Assembly (NCBI GenBank): GCA_951406725.2
Contig: OX597817.1
Coordinates: 60,884,001 to 60,948,000, forward strand
Direction of reading: 5' to 3'
From: Octopus vulgaris
Taxonomy: Eukaryota
DNA: 64,000 nt
This document shows, one piece after another, positions 56,195-64,000 of the stretch. The position numbers and the translations under genes were made by a program. How positions within the stretch are numbered: position 1 is the first letter of the stretch; every line of letters starts with the position of its first letter. Under the pieces are notes generated by a model. That model saw only the letters and a program-made list of their open reading frames with translations. It had not been told where the DNA came from and did no database searches.

Positions 56195-56543
56195 CACCAC
56201 CACCACTACTACTACCACTAATAATGATAATAATAATAATAATAACAGTGATAATAATGACGATGGTGGTGGTGAAGATGACGGTCATGTTTTCCTTTCC
56301 TGCCGTGAGAGCGATATCAGAGAGGGAGGACATTACAGGGACACGTTACAAAAAAAATGTAACAAGGATGGTGATGAGACTGAAAGATCAACAAATTGAC
56401 ACACACACACGTATACGAATAAGTGCGTAAGCGCGCAACACACACACACACACACACTCTCTCTCTCTCACACACACACACAGATACAAACCTGCATAAT
56501 TATGCATGCATGTGCATATGTATATACATAATAAAGTACGCAT

Positions 56544-56585
<42 letters not shown>

Positions 56586-56671
56586 TATATATAATGCGTA
56601 TTTTATTATGTATATACCTACGCACATGTGTTAGTATATTTACTATATAAATATATATATATATATATATA

Positions 56672-56824
56672 GTGACGCATATTTGCCATTTGAATATGGC
56701 TAACCCCTAAGGGTGGATGCTACTGTAGTTTGTAGCCCCAGGAAGATATCTCCTCTGGGGCTACAAACTACAGTAGCATCCACCCTTAGGGGTTAGCCAT
56801 ATTCAAATGGCAAATATGCGTCAC
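56672..56824. repeat. perfect inverted repeat: 70-bp arms, 13-nt loop
   Basis: Arms 56672-56741 and 56755-56824 are exact reverse complements; preceded directly by (TA)n. Confidence 0.95.
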
Positions 56825-56862
56825 GATGTTACCGCTACTGTTTATAACTCGCTCTGAGATTT

Positions 56863-56921
<59 letters not shown>

Positions 56922-58733
56922 AATATACTAACACACACACACACACACACACACATAAATTAAACTTGATAACTTGCTCCCAGATGGTTGACAGAAATTC
57001 GGTGGCCGGCTGTTCACGTAAGTGTACTGACTGTCTTTATTAGACGTATGTATGCATGCATATATATACACACACCTTTATACACAGATGAACATGATTA
57101 TGTGTGTGCGTGCCTGTATATCTATGTATGTGTGCATGCGCTTACAAATGGCCGTCATATGCCCCGTGTCCTGAGGTTGAAATATGGCTTCGCTTTGTTT
57201 GCATCGACTGCTTTGCTTTGGCGTATGGCACAAGCTCCCAAACAGTTGCTGTTAGGGTTGGAGTTGCTTCGGCCGAGGTCAGCCTTCAATAAACTGACCG
57301 GTTACCAAAGGCGCGCGCGCGTGTGTGTAAGCATAATGTCAGGAGGTATGAGAGGTGAAGGTGTGTTTATTTAAGCATGGGGTTCCATAGGATTACGGCT
57401 TTTCCGCAACCTTCTTCAAGTAGTATTAATTTTAGTAAACACATACACACACACATACGCACACTCTCTCTCACCCACACACACACATACACACACCATA
57501 TACATATATTGAGAATTTAATTATCCAAAATATCCTTCTTTGTTGCATCGTTCGGGTACGATTTTGAGGAAGATTCGGCTATTATATTTCAGACGTCGGA
57601 GGGCTAGATGGTAGTTTCCATAAATTCGAACGTTCAATCTCTTGCTTGGAAGCTACATTGTAATACTAGCTTTTTTATTTATTTATTCTTATTTTTCCTT
57701 GAGACGTAGACTCAAAACCATTCACCACCCCTCCCACTCCTTTTAACGGATTTCATTCTATTGCAAGCATTCGGGGCAGGATTCCCTTCCCTCTTATCAG
57801 ACATCTAAAGGGTCATGAGCCTTGCTTTCCCTCGTGGTTGCCAAAAAGAAAAAAGGGCTTTAGTGGTGGTGGTGGGGTTTTAAAATAGTCTCCCCTCCCA
57901 AGCTCTCTCTTTTACACAATCACTTTTTCGTCTCTCCACTATTCTTTCATTATTTTACCAACCTTTATTCTTTGAAACTAAGTTGGATGTTCCAATACAT
58001 CCGTTTCTTCTCGTCATCAAACTGTGCCCCACCCCACCCTCACACGCTGCCCGCCCCCCACCTCCCATACTAACTGTGCCACTTCACCTAATCCTTTCTT
58101 TCCATAATGATCAACCCTCTCAAAATCCCTTCCCACTAACTTTTTCTCTCTACAGACGTCGACTTACAGATGCTTAAAATGAACCTAAGCCCCATGAGTG
58201 TAGCCAGTCAGAGAGTTTCGACGGCAGCCATGAGCACTTATCGTGAGTAATAATACACATTTTACACTGCAGCCTCTTCAAAATTTTCCACTTTCCTCGG
58301 ATTCCCAACGTTTCCTCTATTGCGGACCCCATTTAATCCTTAGGGATCTGCTCACAACACGTTGGGAACCGATACCATTTATAAGAAACGTAGTCAGCAG
58401 CCAAGGATGAATCAATATGCACTATTTGTTTTTTTTTATTTTTGATTTTTATATTCTCATCTTTATTCATTTTTTTTTTATTTTAGCAAAAGCAAAATAA
58501 TTGCGATGGAACATCTGTTTCGATGTCTCAGGATCGTTGGAAATAATATTTTGAATTTACATTTTGCACCAACAATAGACAGAATCAATATAATAAATTG
58601 GAATTTATATACAATCGATCTATAATTGCCATTAGCTACACAATGATTCTCTCTCCCTCCTCTCCCTCCCCTCTCTCTCTCACACACACACGCATAAGCA
58701 ACTATAGTTTCGCACATATACTCTCACTCGTAA

Positions 58734-58964
58734 AGGCGGTGAGCTGGCAGAAACGTTAGCACGCCGGGCGAAATGCTTAGCCGTACTTCGTCTGCCGTTA
58801 CGTTCTGAGTTCAAATTCCGCCGAGGTCGACTTTGCCTTTCATCCTTTCAGGGTCGATAAATTAAGTACCAGTTTCGCACTTGGGTCTATATAATCGACT
58901 TAATCCATTTGTCTGTCCTTGTTTGTCCCCTCTATGTTTAGCCCCTTGTGGGTAGTAAAGAAAT
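58734..58964 (+). mobile_element. SINE family B, full length with 18-bp target-site duplication
   Basis: aggcggtgagctggcagaaacg...gtagtaaagaaat. TSD atatactctcactc(g/a)taa at 58716-58733 and 58965-58982. Confidence 0.92.
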
Positions 58965-59037
58965 ATATACTCTCACTCATAACATACGCTCTCCCCCTCT
59001 CTTTCCCTCTCTCTCCCTCTCTCACGCACACACATTC

Positions 59038-59260
59038 AGGCTTGGCTATGTGGTTAAGAAGCTTACTTCGCAAGCACGTGGTTTCGGGTTCAGTCCCACT
59101 GTGCGGCTCCGTAAACAAGTGATCCACTATAGCCTCGAGGCAACCAACAGCTCGTGAGTGAATTTAGATAGCGGAAACTGCAGGGAAGCCCTTCGTATAT
59201 GCACGTGATTGCGTGCGTGTCATTGTGCTTGTCCACCATCGCTTGCAAACCGTGTTGGAA
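59038..59260 (+). mobile_element. SINE family A diverged 5' part
   Basis: ggctatgtggttaagaagc, gggttcagtcccactg, ctatagcctcg. Confidence 0.75.
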
Positions 59261-59307
59261 AAATCCTTGCCTGGAAATAGATTTTAAATTTTTAATTTAT
59301 GATTGTG

Positions 59308-59341
<34 letters not shown>

Positions 59342-60244
59342 CATGTATGTATGTACGTATGTCATTATTTGGTTTATTTCAAGAGTTCTTGCCAATAGAG
59401 AAAGAACTGGTTTCTAACCTAGATCTAAGGCTCCTTCATTGGAATTTCAACATCAACAACAGAGTATTTTTATTTGTGTGTATGTGTGTACGTGTGTATG
59501 TATGTATGCATGCATGCATGTATGTATGTATGTATGTATGCATGTATGTATGTATGTATGTGTGTGTGTATGTATGTGTGTATGTATGTGTGTATGTATG
59601 TATATATGCATGTATGTATGTATGCATGTATGTATGCATGCATGTATGTATGTATGCATGCATGCATGCATGTATGTATGTATGTGCAAATTTGTATGTT
59701 TTATGTATTCTCATGTATATAGTTACATAAACTTCTGGAAAGTTTTACAGATTTTTACAGATCCAGTGATGTGCTTCAATTTTATTTATATTTGAAAGGT
59801 TTTCTCCGAATTTTTTTAATTGCAAAATGTTCGGTACTATCGTTAAAATTAATTTTATGTAAAACTTCAGCTTCTATACTTAGAGATAAGGCATTATGAA
59901 TATTACTTTAGCAAGTTTAAAGTGATTTCTTTTGTGCCGTAAACCATTTTCATTTCTGTGGTGCCCCCGTCCCTTGATGCCCTAAGCACGTGATTATTTT
60001 GCTTAATGGGTTAATCCAGCGCTGCGCGTACACACACACACACGCACGCATTCGCGCACACACGATGAAATAGTGCCATATATATGTGCGTGAGAGACTG
60101 TGTGTGTGCGTGTGTGTGTGTTTATGTATATATATATATGTGCGTGTGTGTATAGTTGAAATTTATAGGAAAACAAAAGACGAAGACATGTGTATGAACA
60201 ACAAGCAAGTGTAATAGTTTGACGCTCGGGAAAATGTAAACCGT

Positions 60245-60280
60245 CTTTTGTGTTTCGGGCCTACGCTCTTCAACAGAAAG
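60245..60280 (-). ncRNA. hammerhead-like motif with variant core (CTGTTGA)
   Basis: The - strand reads CTTT CTGTTGA A GAGC-gtag-GCCC GAAA CACA AAAG; stem I CTTT/AAAG; homologous to 42559-42593. Confidence 0.45.
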
Positions 60281-61128
60281 GAATAAGAGAAAATAAACTG
60301 AGAGATAATGAATAAAAAAAACCTTGTAGATTTAGCGGGCAAGCATGATCGTTTTAGCAATTGATAATCGAGTTCGATGTTTAGTCAGAAATATGATTGT
60401 GCATGTGTGTGCGGTCAAGGGCTGCTTCTTACTATTCGGAACGAAAAATACACAATGGCAATAGAATAAGCATACACACGCATAAACAAAACTCTTTCAC
60501 TCGCAGACATACACAATCTCACTTCTTTCCACATACGCTCATGCAGATATAGTGATAAAAGGAAACGGATGGTATTCTGAGAAACCGCAAGAGAATGTGA
60601 CATGAAGAGCATATCTGGTGCGTAGATCTATGTCTAATAAATCACATTTTGGGTCCTTAATGGATTGGAATAACCCTTAAAACAAAACCAGAATGCACAA
60701 GCGAAGACAAAACAGTTTGCGATTAAAGCATCATTAATTTTATTTAGTAGAATATTTTCCTCACCTCTTGTAATTCGTGTGTGTGTGTGTGTGTGTGTGA
60801 ATGGTTGTATGTGTACTTGTGATCTTAGATGAGTGTGTGTCTTAATTGTGAGAGCGTTGTTATACATAAATAAGGATTTTTATCTACTTGGGAAATTTAC
60901 GATTTTCTTCAATAAAACAGATGTAGAATTAACGAGTTCAGAAGTGGCTCACACTCACTCACTCACTCACACTAACTCTCTCTCTCTCTCATACACACAC
61001 ACATACAGGCACACACGGCATGGAACAATGTCTCAGAGCATTCAACTATCTTGCACATGACACACACCCAGGCTCTATCTCTCTCTCTCATGTGTGTGCA
61101 TATATAATACAGATGCGCGTGCGCACCC

Positions 61129-61159
<31 letters not shown>

Positions 61160-61294
61160 CATTAAGAAAAGGAGGCAGTCAGAATTTTGAAAGATAGATA
61201 GATACATAGATAGATAGATAGATGGATGGATGGATGGATGGATGGATGGATGGATAGATAGATAGACAAACATGTGGGCATGTGTGTAGATATA

Positions 61295-61686
61295 AGAGGA
61301 CAGCTGTGTAAAGAGGTGCCGAGCTCTAATTGTGGGGGTGACCTGTGGAAGGGGTAGACCCAGTAGGAAAACGTGGGACAAAGTGGTGAGAAAATATCTT
61401 TGGACGTTTGACCTCACTGAAGAAATGACAAGGAGCCATGGGATGTGGCGATTTGCTGTACTTGATAAGACGCATCAAACTAGGTGTCACTTAAAAAGCA
61501 CCCCCCATGCCGGTGGCACATGAAACGCACCCAGCACACTCTGTTAAGTGGTTGGCAAGGAAGCGCATCCAGCCTAAGAAACCATGTCACAACAAACAAT
61601 TGGAGTCTGGATAGCTCCATGACTAACCGTCCAACCCATGCCAGCATAGAAAAACCGACGTTAAACGATGATTAAGATGATGATGC
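61295..61686 (+). mobile_element. older RTE-like LINE 3' fragment, same family as 38666-39627
   Basis: GVTCGRGRPSRKTWDKVV..., ending ccaacccatgccagcatagaaaaaccgacgttaaacgatg. Confidence 0.85.
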
Positions 61687-61711
61687 ATAGATGTGTGTGT
61701 GTGTATGTATG

Positions 61712-61794
<83 letters not shown>

Positions 61795-62333
61795 GGTTAT
61801 ATTAAATGAATAATCTGTCAAGTTTGTAGGTTAGAATCGCGTTTACACAGATCGTAGTTAAATGAAATGGGTCGGTAACATACTTTATTTATGACAAAGT
61901 CCAAATTATCGCCGCAAACACTACCTGTAGAATGTCCATGGGCACGAAACATTACAGAATGAATTATTGTAAGCTGAAACACACACACACACACACACAC
62001 ACTGCACACGAGTGAGCTTGTATTTATGTATCTTACGTGCATCTTTTACCGTGTTAAATTATAAAATGCTGAACAAACGTTCTTAGGAAAAAGAGTTGTT
62101 TGTAGTGTAAGATTTGTGTGTTTGTGTTTGTGTGTGTGTTTGTGTGTGTGTATGTGTGTGTGTGTGACGGGTGCTTTTTTTGCGCATGCTTGTGCGAATG
62201 TACGTGTATGCGTGCCAACTAGATTTACAAACACACGTAAAGGTTTAGCAGAATCGCTAGTCAAGGTTAGATGTTATTAAAAATCCATGCCAATAAATTT
62301 TCGTTTTTGGCATGGATTTGTAAAATTACTTAT

Positions 62334-62418
<85 letters not shown>

Positions 62419-62539
62419 CATATATATATATATATTCGTTTTCTTTGATGGAAATATAACTAGATGCTTTCCGTATATCGTAACCACATAAAAGAACTTT
62501 TCTTTCACTTCATCTCTTTACCGAATCTGTATGAACATA

Positions 62540-62599
<60 letters not shown>

Positions 62600-63046
62600 C
62601 ATATACATTCATACATATATACGTACATATAGGTGCAAAGAGAAAAGCTTAATTGAAATAAAGGGCGGTGACATATACATACACTCACATATTTGCATAC
62701 ATGTATGTGTGCATGCATGTATATATGTGTGTGTGTTTATGCATATGTGTCAGTGCGTGTGTATGTGCAAATTTGCATGTATGTATGCTTGGCCTTCTAC
62801 TTTCCACTCACGTATTATACCACAAAAAACCTTGCAACAGAAAAAAAGAAAGCTACCCAGAATCTCTGAAACCCAGAACTGGGTACGAATAGAAAAGAGG
62901 AATACAACGCAGATACTGAGAATTTCTATTATACGGGTGGTGGCATTGCTGGTGGAGGTGATGGTGACGGTGATGGTTACGTTGACAACGAGGTCAAAGC
63001 CGACGGCGATAACGATCAATGATGATGATGATGATGCTGATGATGC

Positions 63047-63080
<34 letters not shown>

Positions 63081-63907
63081 AATGAAAAACCTGACTGGGT
63101 CCACTAGAAATGAAAATTAAAAATAGTGCTCAGAGAAGTTGTTCAACATGTCCACGGAAGGGCAAAATACAGACACAGATAAATCCATTTCCTCAGCCAA
63201 TTTTCGCTCCAGAATTCCTCAGGATTTCGGTGCTTGAAAAAGATTTCGCAGATTATCCTTCATCTGCAAAAAGACAGTGTTCCTCCAAAAGAAAATGAAG
63301 ACAACTGTTGCAAACAGAAATACGCGGGACTGTAAATTAAAAGTGGGGTGAAGACTGGAAACAAAGAAGACGTAGACATGGGACTTATAAAATATAAAGG
63401 ACAAAGACTTATCAAGAAGCCATGTATGTCATTCTGTGTGTGTGTGTGTGTGTGTGATCTAGCTCTTTAATTCACTAATGACTTCGCAATATCCCGTTTC
63501 TCTTAAGTGTATGTTTCGGCAGCTCAGCTTTACTCCGTTTGGAGAAGTACAGGTTGCTTATAAAATGATTTTGCCATTATGGAAGATCCAATAAACGCAC
63601 GGCGCTTCTTTGCCCTTTCACTAAATAGGCCCAAGTAATAAAATGACCCCGTCTCTATCCCTTATCTCTTTCCAATATGTTAACAAATTGTTGCAAACTA
63701 TGGACTACACAACACCAAAATGGCGCTTGATCGAAATATTAGCGTTACATCACAATTACTGGTACTGTTGTGTATAGCTTATGTTTGAGAATAAACCACG
63801 CATACATACATACATACATACGCACATTTCTATGCGTGGATTAGGTATATGGATTTTAAAGAAATCTGCTTTACTATTTGAGTTTGCTTCGTTTTGCTTC
63901 TCCTCAG

Positions 63908-63944
63908 TTCTCTCCGTCGCTGCTTCTCACACTTTTGCGAATCT
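63908..63944 (+). CDS. candidate small third coding exon of the RBM24/38 gene
   Basis: Strong pyrimidine tract and TCCTCAG acceptor, 37 nt open in phase 1 ((V)LSVAASHTFAN(L)), then GTGAGT donor. No recognisable protein similarity. Confidence 0.25.
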
Positions 63945-64000
63945 GTGAGTGCAAATGGAGTTACTCAAGTTTGTGAGAATGTGAGAGCGAAGAGTGATGG

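Noticed and set aside
62850-62890. GAAACCCAG-AA-CTGGGTA half-hammerhead
   Set aside because: No upstream CUGANGA-like core.

Overview
AT-rich, microsatellite-saturated animal genomic DNA. The SINE families and the (TA)n/(CA)n/(TAGA)n/(TACA)n load look like octopus or another coleoid cephalopod; this is inferred, not database-confirmed. One host gene is supported: an RBM24/RBM38 (SEB4/SUP-12) family RRM protein on the + strand, with coding exons at 4124-4300 and 11213-11336. It is followed by an apparently >52 kb intron, with a weak candidate next exon at 63908-63944. The rest is tRNA-derived SINEs, decayed LINE fragments (CR1/L2-like, RTE-like, R4/Dong-like), DNA-transposon ends, a tRNA-Cys-derived pseudogene and simple repeats. 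Almost all ORFs in the track are microsatellite artefacts. The most interesting signal is about a dozen minimal type I hammerhead-ribozyme motifs from several unrelated repeat families, the architecture known from Penelope-like elements. Some have an intact CUGANGA/GAAA core, and others carry recurrent non-canonical cores (CCGACGA, CUGUUGA). They co-occur with long near-perfect palindromes next to (TA)n tracts.
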